DNA of 64,000 nt, taken from Verrucomicrobiota bacterium. Its GTDB lineage: Bacteria > Verrucomicrobiota > Verrucomicrobiia > Limisphaerales > Palsa-1400. The stretch lies in contig JBEKYR010000010.1 of the NCBI GenBank assembly GCA_049510745.1, positions 80,345 through 144,344 on the forward strand, read 5' to 3'. Under the pieces are notes generated by a model that saw only the letters and a program-made list of their open reading frames with translations, made no database searches and was not told the DNA's origin. How positions within the stretch are numbered: position 1 is the stretch's first letter; each line of letters begins with the position of its first letter. A program made the position numbers and the translations under genes. Shown here in pieces: positions 1 to 7,789 of this stretch.

Positions 1-379
1 CATTGGGCCGGTTGTCGATGAATTTGCCCAGGACTTCCTTGGCCAGCTTGATGCGGCTGAGGCCCTCGCCGAAATCCTCCGAGCGCATGCTGCCGGAGAG
101 GTCGATGGCGACGACGATGTCAATGCCGCTGGCCTTGATGTGGGATTCCCCGCGCACCAGGCGGGGCTGGGCCAGGGCGACAATAAACAACGCCAGCGCC
201 AGCCAGCGCAAATTGGCCAGGATGGCGCCGGCGCGGGATCGGCGCAGCCCGGATATGGGGCGCACCAAATCGATCGACGAATAAACAAAGGAGGCGCTTT
301 GGCCCAGCTTCCCCTTCAGCCACTCCAGCGCCGGCAGCAGAAGCAGCCCTGACAAAACATAAGGATGGGCGAAGGTCAT
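1..379 (-). CDS. BatA-like VWA domain protein (5' part; runs off the window)
   Basis: Manual translation from ATG 379: MTFAHPYVLSGLLLLPALEW...LALALFIVALAQPRL...GIDIVVAIDLSGSM. It has a BatA N-terminus and a MIDAS DxSxS motif, and an ATGA overlap with the upstream stop. Confidence 0.88.
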   Translation of the reverse strand, partial: MTFAHPYVLSGLLLLPALEWLKGKLGQSASFVYSSIDLVRPISGLRRSRAGAILANLRWLALALFIVALAQPRLVRGESHIKASGIDIVVAIDLSGSMRSEDFGEGLSRIKLAKEVLGKFIDNRPN

Positions 380-978
380 GGGGCGGTGGCGGCCGGCATG
401 GCGGCGGCGGGTTGGGTTGGCTGGGGCGTCCAGACAGGTTCGGTTTCGTTGACCAGGCGCAGGGCGGCGTCGTGCAAGGCGCGCAGTCCGATCTCCGCCG
501 GCTCGTATTTGGCGAACTTGATGAGATCGCAACCTTCCAGGAAATCGCCCAGGCTTTGTTTTTGAGCGGCTGTCAATAAATCGGTGCTTTGCAATTCGTA
601 AAGAAACTCCTCCGTCGTGCGTTCGGGCGCGTGGAAATTGAACCGCTCCTCGAGATAGGCCCGGACGGCGTCGGAAACGGCGATGGAAAACGGCTTGGGC
701 TGGCTCAACAGGGAGAGCGCCTGATCGAGGCGGCGGCGCGCCCGCACGTGCGGCGGGACGGGCGGAACGAGCGGGACGGCGGCGGCCTTTTTGCGCCGGT
801 AACGCCACACCAGCCAGGCCGCGGCCAGCGCCGCCAGGAGGGCGGCGATGCAGAAGAACCAAAGCCAGCCGTTGGGAATCTGGATGAGCGGTTTGAGGAC
901 GTCGTGAAAGACCAGCGGAGGCGCGTTGGTGGCGGCGGGCGATTGGGCGGGAATGATGAGAGCGAAATTCGTGTTCAT
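376..978 (-). CDS. MoxR/Bat-operon membrane protein (DUF4381-like)
   Basis: Single TM followed by 'RAYLEERF...ERTTEEFL...DLIKFAK'; lies between DUF58 and BatA genes. Confidence 0.8.
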   Translation of the reverse strand: MNTNFALIIPAQSPAATNAPPLVFHDVLKPLIQIPNGWLWFFCIAALLAALAAAWLVWRYRRKKAAAVPLVPPVPPHVRARRRLDQALSLLSQPKPFSIAVSDAVRAYLEERFNFHAPERTTEEFLYELQSTDLLTAAQKQSLGDFLEGCDLIKFAKYEPAEIGLRALHDAALRLVNETEPVWTPQPTQPAAAMPAATAP

Positions 979-1934
979 GCTCGGCCGTGGCGCCGCCGCT
1001 TTTCGCGCGTTTCGAAGAACCGCCCCAGGGCCGCCGCATACGGTTCGCTGGCCCGCGCCTCGATGGTGTCGATCTTGGCCGAGCGCAACTGGCGGAACAG
1101 CTCGGACTGATGTTTGGCCCGGCGGAGGGCAAAGGCGCGGCGCTTGCGCGCGTCGTGCGTGTTGATCTCGATGGTTTCGCCGGTTTCGGCGTCGCTCAAC
1201 TGCAACCGGCCCAGGGCGGGCAGTTCCAATTCAAAACGATCCACCACCTGGATGGCGATGACATCGTGGCGGCGGTTGGCCTGGCGAAGGGCCGGCAAGG
1301 TGCGCGGACCCAGCGTCGGCGAAACCAGATAGGCCGAGGCGCGGTTGGGATCATTGCGGGCGGCGGCGCCATGCTCGAAGAGGAAATCGGAAATAATCAC
1401 GGCAATGGCGTGGCGGCGGGCCAAACGATTGAGCGCGTCGAGCGCCACGTTGAAATTGGTGCCGCGCCGGCGGGGCTGGAAACAGAGGATTTCGCGAATC
1501 ACGCGCAAGACGTGGCGCCGGCCTTTCCTGGGCGGGATGTATTTTTCCACTTCCTCGGTGAACAGGATCAGGCCGACCTTGTCGTTGTTGCGGATGGCGG
1601 AGAAGGCCAGGACCGAGCCGATCTCGGCCGCCAGCTCGCGTTTGGATTGGTCGCCGGAACCGAAGAGGCCCGACCCGCTCAGATCGACCACGAGCATGAG
1701 GGTCAGTTCGCGTTCCTCGACAAACTTCTTGACGAAGGGATGGTTCATGCGGGCGGTCACGTTCCAGTCGATGGAGCGGACCTCGTCGCCCGGCTGGTAT
1801 TCGCGCACCTCCTCGAAATTCATGCCCTGGCCCTTGAAGACGCTGTGGTACTGCCCGCCCATCGTCTCGCTGACCAGGCGGGTGGTGCGCAGCTCGATCT
1901 GCCGGATTTTCTTGAGGATTTCGCGCGGGATCAT
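975..1934 (-). CDS. DUF58 domain protein (MoxR-associated VWA-like)
   Basis: GQGMNFEEVREYQPGDEVRSIDWNVTAR...VVDLSGS motif; operon context. Confidence 0.93.
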   Translation of the reverse strand: MIPREILKKIRQIELRTTRLVSETMGGQYHSVFKGQGMNFEEVREYQPGDEVRSIDWNVTARMNHPFVKKFVEERELTLMLVVDLSGSGLFGSGDQSKRELAAEIGSVLAFSAIRNNDKVGLILFTEEVEKYIPPRKGRRHVLRVIREILCFQPRRRGTNFNVALDALNRLARRHAIAVIISDFLFEHGAAARNDPNRASAYLVSPTLGPRTLPALRQANRRHDVIAIQVVDRFELELPALGRLQLSDAETGETIEINTHDARKRRAFALRRAKHQSELFRQLRSAKIDTIEARASEPYAAALGRFFETREKRRRHGRA

Positions 1935-1994
1935 GGGGGGAATTGCATGGCTGCAAACTTGCCATCCGTCCGGGTATCAGGTAAAGTTCCTTGC

Positions 1995-2228
1995 ATGAGT
2001 GCGTCGGAAATTCTCGAAGCGGCGAAAGCTCTTCCGCAAGAAGAGCGGATCAAACTTGCGCAAGACTTTTGGGAAATTATCACGGAAGACGGATACGACC
2101 CCGATCTGACGCCGGAACAGGCGGCGGAACTTGATCGCCGTCTCGCTGACTTCGAAGCCAATCCGCACGAAGGAATTCCTTGGGAGCAAGTTAAGGCTGA
2201 ACTCAGCCAGCGTTTCGGTTGGAAATGA
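1995..2228 (+). CDS. Putative addiction module antitoxin (unstable antitoxin type)
   Basis: MSASEILEAAKALPQEERIKLAQDFWE...LTPEQAAELDRRLADFEANPHEGIPWEQVK; ATGA overlap with the downstream toxin. Confidence 0.85.
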   Translation: MSASEILEAAKALPQEERIKLAQDFWEIITEDGYDPDLTPEQAAELDRRLADFEANPHEGIPWEQVKAELSQRFGWK

Positions 2229-2527
2229 GCCGCCGGGACATTTTCAAACGGGCGGCGCGCCTCGAATTCGTTGAGGCTACAGTTTGGTATGAAAAACAGC
2301 GCCCAGGATTGGGGCGGGAGTTCGTCTTGGAGGTCGAGCGCGCGCTGCAACGTGCGCAAGCCAATCCGGAACGTTTCCCAATGGTTCGGCGACAGGCCCG
2401 GAAGATTCGTTTGCGGCGATTTTCTCGTTACAGCATTTATTTCGCCGTCAAAGACGGAGCATTCTCCATTTTGGCGGTTTTTCACGGTTCGCGTGACCCG
2501 GAGGAACTCTGGCGGCGGCTGGGATGA
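2225..2527 (+). CDS. RelE/ParE family toxin
   Basis: AARLEFVEATVWYEKQRPGLGREF...YSIYF...ILAVFHGSRDP, a ParE-type pattern; follows the antitoxin. Confidence 0.85.
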   Translation: MSRRDIFKRAARLEFVEATVWYEKQRPGLGREFVLEVERALQRAQANPERFPMVRRQARKIRLRRFSRYSIYFAVKDGAFSILAVFHGSRDPEELWRRLG

Positions 2528-2607
2528 AAACTTCGCGAGCGCTTCGGCCACAACGTGGTTCGTGTGAATCTCGATCTGCCGGACGTTGTTGGTAATCTCT
2601 TGAGGAA

Positions 2608-2676
2608 TCATGGCTTGGAGAATGCACCTATTGGGTCGTTTCCAAATCGTAGAAATGCCTCACGCATGGACTCCAT
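2608..2676 (-). other. 22-aa coupling mini-ORF between moxR and the bridging ORF
   Basis: MESMREAFLRFGNDPIGAFSKP*; begins 1 nt after the moxR stop and ends in an ATGA overlap at 2611-2608. Confidence 0.45.
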
Positions 2677-2677
2677 C

Positions 2678-3676
2678 TCACGGCACGGGCAGTTCGTTGA
2701 AAATCTTGGTGATGATGGTCTCGCTGCTTTTTTCCTCGGCCTCCGCCTCGTAGGTCACCGTCACCCGGTGGCGCAAGACATCCATCCCGATGCTCTTGAC
2801 ATCCTGCGGCGTGACGTAGCCGCGCCCGCGCAGAAAGGCATAGGCCTTGGCCGCGAGAGTCAAGGCAATGGTGGCGCGGGGCGAGGCGCCGAGTTGAATC
2901 AACCCTTGCAGGCCCGCGATTTTGTAGGCGGCCGGGTCGCGCGTGCAGCAGACCAGATCGACGATGTAATCCTTGACCTTGTCGTCAATATAAATGTCGT
3001 TGAGCACCTGCCGGGCTTCGAGGACTTGCTGGGGAGAGACCACCCGGCCGGGGAAGGCCACGGCGCTGGTGCGGGCCATCAAATCCAGAATCTGCCGCTC
3101 CTCCTGGCGGGACGGGTAAACGATTTTGAGCTTCAACATGAAGCGGTCCACCTGCGCTTCGGGCAGCGGATAGGTGCCCTCCTGTTCGATTGGGTTCTGC
3201 GTCGCCAGGACCAGGAAGGGCTCCTCCAGTTTGAACGTCTGGTCGCCGATGGTGACCTGCTTTTCCTGCATCGCTTCCAGCAACGCGCTTTGCACCTTGG
3301 CGGGCGAGCGGTTGATTTCGTCGGCCAGGATGAGGTTGGCGAAAATGGGGCCGCGCCGGGTGGTAAAAGCGCCGGTCTGCGGATTGTAGATTTGCGTGCC
3401 GATCAAGTCGGCGGGCAGGAGGTCCGGGGTGAATTGGAGCCGGGAAAACTTGACGTCGATGGCGGCGGCCAGAGCCTTGACGGAAAGGGTTTTGGCCAGG
3501 CCGGGAACGCCCTCCAAGAGGACGTGGCCGTTGGCCAGCAAGCCGATGACCAGGCGTTCGACGAGGTAAGTCTGGCCGACGACCACTTTGCCGATTTCGT
3601 TAAAGAGCGGGCGCGCAAAAGCGCTGGCCCGCTGCACTTGCTCGTTCAGGGCGCTGATTCCGGTATTCATAGTCAA
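2678..3676 (-). CDS. moxR: MoxR family AAA+ ATPase
   Basis: HVLLEGVPGLAKT Walker A, LADEINR Walker B, ATQNPIEQEGTYPLPEAQVDRF. Confidence 0.95.
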   Translation of the reverse strand: MTMNTGISALNEQVQRASAFARPLFNEIGKVVVGQTYLVERLVIGLLANGHVLLEGVPGLAKTLSVKALAAAIDVKFSRLQFTPDLLPADLIGTQIYNPQTGAFTTRRGPIFANLILADEINRSPAKVQSALLEAMQEKQVTIGDQTFKLEEPFLVLATQNPIEQEGTYPLPEAQVDRFMLKLKIVYPSRQEERQILDLMARTSAVAFPGRVVSPQQVLEARQVLNDIYIDDKVKDYIVDLVCCTRDPAAYKIAGLQGLIQLGASPRATIALTLAAKAYAFLRGRGYVTPQDVKSIGMDVLRHRVTVTYEAEAEEKSSETIITKIFNELPVP

Positions 3677-3739
3677 AAATTACGTATGCCAAAAAGACAA
3701 CCCAAACCCAATTTTGTTCAGAAAAACCAAGGGTTTCGC

Positions 3740-3874
3740 TCAGGCGCACGTAAAAACAGGAACCGTGATGGCAAGCTGGAATCGTTTCCTGGCCCAAAGC
3801 GCGAAACAGCGGCGGGACTCACCCGGCCAGAAAATGGCGGAAATGACGACGTTGGTGTCAACGACGACGTTCAT
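3740..3874 (-). pseudogene. Truncated PIN-domain toxin
   Basis: Manual translation MNVVVDTNVVISAIFWPGESRRCFALWARKRFQLAITVPVFTCA*. It has the PIN N-terminal VVDTNV motif, stops after 44 aa, and has an ATGA overlap with the AbrB-type gene. Confidence 0.75.
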
Positions 3875-4146
3875 CCCCGCTTCCGCCGTTTTTCGTCGCG
3901 ATATTCGGCGACAACCTCTCGCACCATTTCTTCGTCTTCAGCCGTTTGATAGCGAGTGAGCGATCCGGCGGTGGCGATGACGGCCCGCAGTTCCCGTTCC
4001 GTTGGCTCGGTCAGGGGTGTGACATACAATCCATCTCCGACCTCCGTCACGCGCAGGGTGGCGCCCGGCTTGATTTTCTTTCGTCGGCGGAATTCTTCCG
4101 GCAACTCCACTTGCCCTGTTTGCGAAACACTCACTGTCGTTGTCAT
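3871..4146 (-). CDS. AbrB/MazE/SpoVT family antitoxin
   Basis: VSVSQTGQVELPEEFRRRKKIKPGATLRV swapped-hairpin pattern. Confidence 0.85.
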   Translation of the reverse strand: MTTTVSVSQTGQVELPEEFRRRKKIKPGATLRVTEVGDGLYVTPLTEPTERELRAVIATAGSLTRYQTAEDEEMVREVVAEYRDEKRRKRG

Positions 4147-4176
4147 GGGCAAAGCTTACCTCATGGCTCGCCGGCT

Positions 4177-4527
4177 TTACAGTTCCAAAGTGTGTTTCAA
4201 CGCCGCATCCACGGCTTTCATCCCCGGGAAGTTGCCCAGCACGGAATCAATTTCAGAATCCAGCACCGTCGCCAGATTGTCCGATATGATAACGGAGTCC
4301 AACCGCAGGCCGGTGGTTTTACCGTCCGCAGAATTGACGCCGACAAAAATCCGGCTTGAATGACCGCGCCGGGCAAGGTTGCTCGAAATCATGGCGACGA
4401 TGGTTTGTGTCAAACCGCTGTCGAGGTTGTTCCGCTGAATGACCAACGCGGGACGACGCTTAGCCGCGCGCAGATCGGAATTTGGGAAAAGCACCAGGAC
4501 AACATCACCGCGCCGGGTCTTTGTCAT
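4177..4527 (-). CDS. PemK/MazF family toxin
   Basis: RRGDVVLVLFPNSDLRAAKRRPALVIQ...IVAMISS...TGLRLDSVI. Confidence 0.9.
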   Translation of the reverse strand: MTKTRRGDVVLVLFPNSDLRAAKRRPALVIQRNNLDSGLTQTIVAMISSNLARRGHSSRIFVGVNSADGKTTGLRLDSVIISDNLATVLDSEIDSVLGNFPGMKAVDAALKHTLEL

Positions 4528-4738
4528 AAATGTCGGCTTCAGGTCGTTCCCAATCGTTGGCGAACGTCTTCAATCGCGCGCGCAGTTCGGCGGCTTGAGC
4601 CTCGTCAATTCCCCGCGCCCGCAAGTCAACGCCGCTGGTTTCAAGGAAGGTCACCAGCACGCGTGATTGGTTCACTTGCGGAGGTGTCTCGACGAGTTCC
4701 ACTTTGCCGTTTCTATATGTGCCTTCGACAGTCAGCAT
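4505..4738 (-). CDS. Putative antitoxin of the MazF toxin
   Basis: Small ORF overlapping the toxin start; 'VEGTYRNGKVEL' N-terminus and acidic 'WERPEADIYD' C-terminus. Confidence 0.7.
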   Translation of the reverse strand: MLTVEGTYRNGKVELVETPPQVNQSRVLVTFLETSGVDLRARGIDEAQAAELRARLKTFANDWERPEADIYDKDPAR

Positions 4739-4782
4739 AACTACGATAAAAATAGCATGCGTGGCCGGCTTTGTGAAGCCGA

Positions 4783-5712
4783 TTATGCCGTGGTAAAATC
4801 TCGCGCTTGGGCCGCGTCTTGGGCGATTTGCGCGCGGAGGGCGGCGGCGGACGGGAATTTTTGTTCGTCGCGCAGTTTTTTCAGGAAGGTCAGTTCCAAT
4901 TCCTGACCGTATATGTCCCGGTCGAAATCCAACAGGTGCGCTTCGACTTGAAGCGGCGGGGCGGCGGATGACACGGTGGGACGATGGCCGATGTTGACGG
5001 CCGCGCGCCAGCGGTTCGCGCCGACTTGCGCCTCCGCGACATAGACTCCCGAGGGCGGAACAACGATGCCTGTGACGTCCAGGTTGGCGGTGGGGAATCC
5101 CAGTTTGCGGCCGAAGCGTCCGCCTTGAATGACGGGGCCGCGGAGCGAGTAGGGACGGCCCAGCATCCGGGCGGCGGCGTCGAAATCCCCGGCGCGGACC
5201 GCCTCGCGAATGCGCGTGCTGCTGACCGGCTGTCCGTCCCAGGTCACGTCGGGCAAGGCGTGGACCTGGAAGCGCAACTCAGCGCCCAATTGCCGGAGCA
5301 GGGCCACGTTGCCCGATCGTTTCCAGCCGAACAGGAAGGTGTCGCCCACGCAAATAGTTTCGATTTGACGGAAGTCGCGCGCCAGGGAGCGGATAAACTG
5401 TCCGCCGGGAATCTGGCTGAACGGCTTGTCAAAACGAATGACGCAGGCGGCTTCGAGGCCAAACGCGGCCAGGACCTCCAGTTTTTTGGAAAGCGGATAG
5501 ATCAAGGGCGGCACACTGGCGGGCGCGACGATGGCGTTGGGATGACGGTCGAAGGTGACCGCCACCGTCACCGCCCGATGCCGCGCGGCGTCGGAAAGGG
5601 TCTGGCGGAGGACCTGTTGGTGGCCGAGGTGAACGCCGTCGAAGACGCCGATGGCCGCGCAGACGGGGCGCGAGCCGGCGGGGAGATCGGTGGCGGCGGC
5701 GAGGACCTTCAT
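4783..5712 (-). CDS. ribF: Bifunctional riboflavin kinase/FAD synthetase
   Basis: IGVFDGVHLGHQ, VSSTRIR, GRKLGFPTANL, NIGHRPT, VEAHLLDF. Start set at ATG 5712, overlapping the truB stop. Confidence 0.95.
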   Translation of the reverse strand: MKVLAAATDLPAGSRPVCAAIGVFDGVHLGHQQVLRQTLSDAARHRAVTVAVTFDRHPNAIVAPASVPPLIYPLSKKLEVLAAFGLEAACVIRFDKPFSQIPGGQFIRSLARDFRQIETICVGDTFLFGWKRSGNVALLRQLGAELRFQVHALPDVTWDGQPVSSTRIREAVRAGDFDAAARMLGRPYSLRGPVIQGGRFGRKLGFPTANLDVTGIVVPPSGVYVAEAQVGANRWRAAVNIGHRPTVSSAAPPLQVEAHLLDFDRDIYGQELELTFLKKLRDEQKFPSAAALRAQIAQDAAQARDFTTA

Positions 5713-6437
5713 CCGGGGGACATGTTTGACTGGGCCAGTTGCAAAAAGGGGATGACGCGCTTTTGCAAATCGGCGGACGAAAGCTTGAGCGCCTCCTCGA
5801 AGGGGAGGGCGTTTTGGACGTCGAATTTGCCTGAGGCCACGCGGCGCAGAGTGGCCAGGTGCGCGCCGCACCCCATCTTGCGGCCCAGTTCGTCGGCCAG
5901 GGCGCGGACGTAGGTTCCCTTGGTGCAGGCGACGCGGAAACGGCCCAGCGGTTCGGCGTAGCCGGAAAAGCGGAAGCTGTAAACATGGATCAAACGGGCC
6001 TTGCGTTCGACCTCGATTCCCTTGCGCGCCATTTTGTAAAGGGGAACGCCTTTGATCTTGACAGCCGAGACCATCGGCGGCGTTTGCATCAGGTCGCCCT
6101 GAAACGCGGCGGCGGCTTCGTTGAGTTCTTCCAGCGTCATGGGAGGCACCGGCAATGACGACACCAGTTCGCCGTCGGCGTCAAAACTGTCCGTCGATTC
6201 CCCGAATTTGATCGTGCCTTCATAGACTTTGTCGTCGGACATGAGCTTTTCCGAGAGCTTGGTGCCTTTGCCCAGGACGATGATGAGCAGGCCGGTGGCG
6301 TTGGGGTCGAGCGTGCCGCAATGGCCCGCCTTTTCCAGGCGAAAGGCGCGGCGCAGGGCATCGACCACGTCGTGCGAGGTCGGCCCGGCGGGCTTGTCAA
6401 TAAGAACCGCGCCGTCGAATGGATCGAATTCGCGCAT
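5709..6437 (-). CDS. truB: tRNA pseudouridine(55) synthase
   Basis: DKPAGPTSHDVV, GHCGTLDPNATG, CTKGTYVRAL. Confidence 0.96.
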   Translation of the reverse strand: MREFDPFDGAVLIDKPAGPTSHDVVDALRRAFRLEKAGHCGTLDPNATGLLIIVLGKGTKLSEKLMSDDKVYEGTIKFGESTDSFDADGELVSSLPVPPMTLEELNEAAAAFQGDLMQTPPMVSAVKIKGVPLYKMARKGIEVERKARLIHVYSFRFSGYAEPLGRFRVACTKGTYVRALADELGRKMGCGAHLATLRRVASGKFDVQNALPFEEALKLSSADLQKRVIPFLQLAQSNMSPG

Positions 6438-6439
6438 GG

Positions 6440-7423
6440 TCAGCGGGCGGCGTCGAGGGCTTTTCTGACGGCGGCGATGACGCGGCGCTGGACGGAGAGC
6501 GGCTTGCCGGGGATGCGCGCCCCGGCCGCGGCGAGATGGCCGCCCCCGCCGAACTGGGCGGCGATTTCGTTGACATCGACGCGGGGGGACTTCGAGCGCA
6601 GGCTGATGCGCGTCAACTCCGGCTCGATTTCCTCAAAGACGCACGCCACCACGACCGGTTCGATGGCGCGGATGTGGTCGATGAGTCCCTCGGTGTCGCT
6701 GCGGTCGGCGCCGGTGCGGGCGAAGTCGCTTTTCTTGAGCCAGAGATAGGCAATCTGGTCGCGGTGGGTCAGGTGAAAATGATTATAGACGTGCTTGAGC
6801 AGGCGGACGCGGGAGAGGGAGAAGGACTGATAGACCTCGTGGCAGATCGTGTCCACGTGCGCCCCCAGTTTCACCAACTGGCCGGCGGTGTGATAGGTCA
6901 CCGGTTTGGTGGTCGGATACTGGAACGAGCCTGTGTCGGTGGAAACGGCGGTGAAGAGGCAGTCGGCAATGGCCGGCGTGATGGGCCAGCGGGCGGCTTG
7001 GAGGAGGCGGAAGATCAACTCGCCCGTCGAGGCCTCGCGGGCCGAAATCCAGTTCAAATCGCCGTAGCGCGTATTGCTCGGGTGATGATCGATGTTGATG
7101 AGGAACTTCCGCCGGCCGACGGCCGGCCCGACGTTGCCCAAGCGCTCGAAGGAGGCGCAATCGGCGGCGATGACCAGGTCGAATTCGCGCCCGTCGGCGG
7201 GCTTTTGCAGCAATTTGTCCGGGTCCAGGAAGGTGTATTTTTGCGGGGTGACGTCTTCGTTCCAGCAGGCGACCTCCTTGCCTTGCTTGCGCAGCGCCAG
7301 GGTCAGTCCGAGTTGGGAGCCGATGCAATCGCCATCCGGGCGGAGATGGCCGCCGACGCAAATGGATTGGCTGTCGCCGATTTTTTCCAGGATGCGATCA
7401 ATGATCTTCAAAGTGGGTTTCAT
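6440..7423 (-). CDS. nrnA: DHH/DHHA1 oligoribonuclease/pAp phosphatase
   Basis: HLRPDGDCIGS, NIDHH, TDTGSF, GGGGHLAAAG; located between rbfA and truB. Confidence 0.9.
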   Translation of the reverse strand: MKPTLKIIDRILEKIGDSQSICVGGHLRPDGDCIGSQLGLTLALRKQGKEVACWNEDVTPQKYTFLDPDKLLQKPADGREFDLVIAADCASFERLGNVGPAVGRRKFLINIDHHPSNTRYGDLNWISAREASTGELIFRLLQAARWPITPAIADCLFTAVSTDTGSFQYPTTKPVTYHTAGQLVKLGAHVDTICHEVYQSFSLSRVRLLKHVYNHFHLTHRDQIAYLWLKKSDFARTGADRSDTEGLIDHIRAIEPVVVACVFEEIEPELTRISLRSKSPRVDVNEIAAQFGGGGHLAAAGARIPGKPLSVQRRVIAAVRKALDAAR

Positions 7424-7773
7424 TCGGAGGACGGCGGAGGCTCCAGTTCATCGAGGATGCGGAGGATGCGGTTGCCGCGCTCGACGGATTCGTCCAGAAC
7501 AAAGCGCAGTTGGGGGGTGTATTTGAGGACAATGGCCCGGGCGAGCAGGCCCTGAATGCGCTTGCGGTGGGTGTCGAGAGCTTCCATGGCCTTCTTTTTT
7601 TGGTCCGTGCCGCCCAGCACGCCGATAAAAACGGTGGCGTTGTGCAAATTGGGGGCGACGTCCACGTCGTTGACGTTGATCAAGCCGACTTGATCGACGG
7701 GCAGTTCCCGGCGGACGACCTCGCCGATCTGGCGCTTCAACAACTCGCGCACCCGTTCCAGTCTCAGGGACAT
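7420..7773 (-). CDS. rbfA: Ribosome-binding factor A
   Basis: RLERVRELLKRQI...LKYTPQLRFVLDES. Confidence 0.93.
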   Translation of the reverse strand: MSLRLERVRELLKRQIGEVVRRELPVDQVGLINVNDVDVAPNLHNATVFIGVLGGTDQKKKAMEALDTHRKRIQGLLARAIVLKYTPQLRFVLDESVERGNRILRILDELEPPPSSE

Positions 7774-7789
7774 AGTTCCGTGCTCCTTC

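Larger units (their letters stand above)
1931..2611 (-). other. Bridging ORF antisense to the TA pair, starting with a diverged duplicate of the DUF58 N-terminus
   Basis: MIPQEITNNVRQIEIHTNHVVAE versus DUF58 MIPREILKKIRQIELRTTRLVSE; its stop TGA overlaps the DUF58 ATG. Confidence 0.6.
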
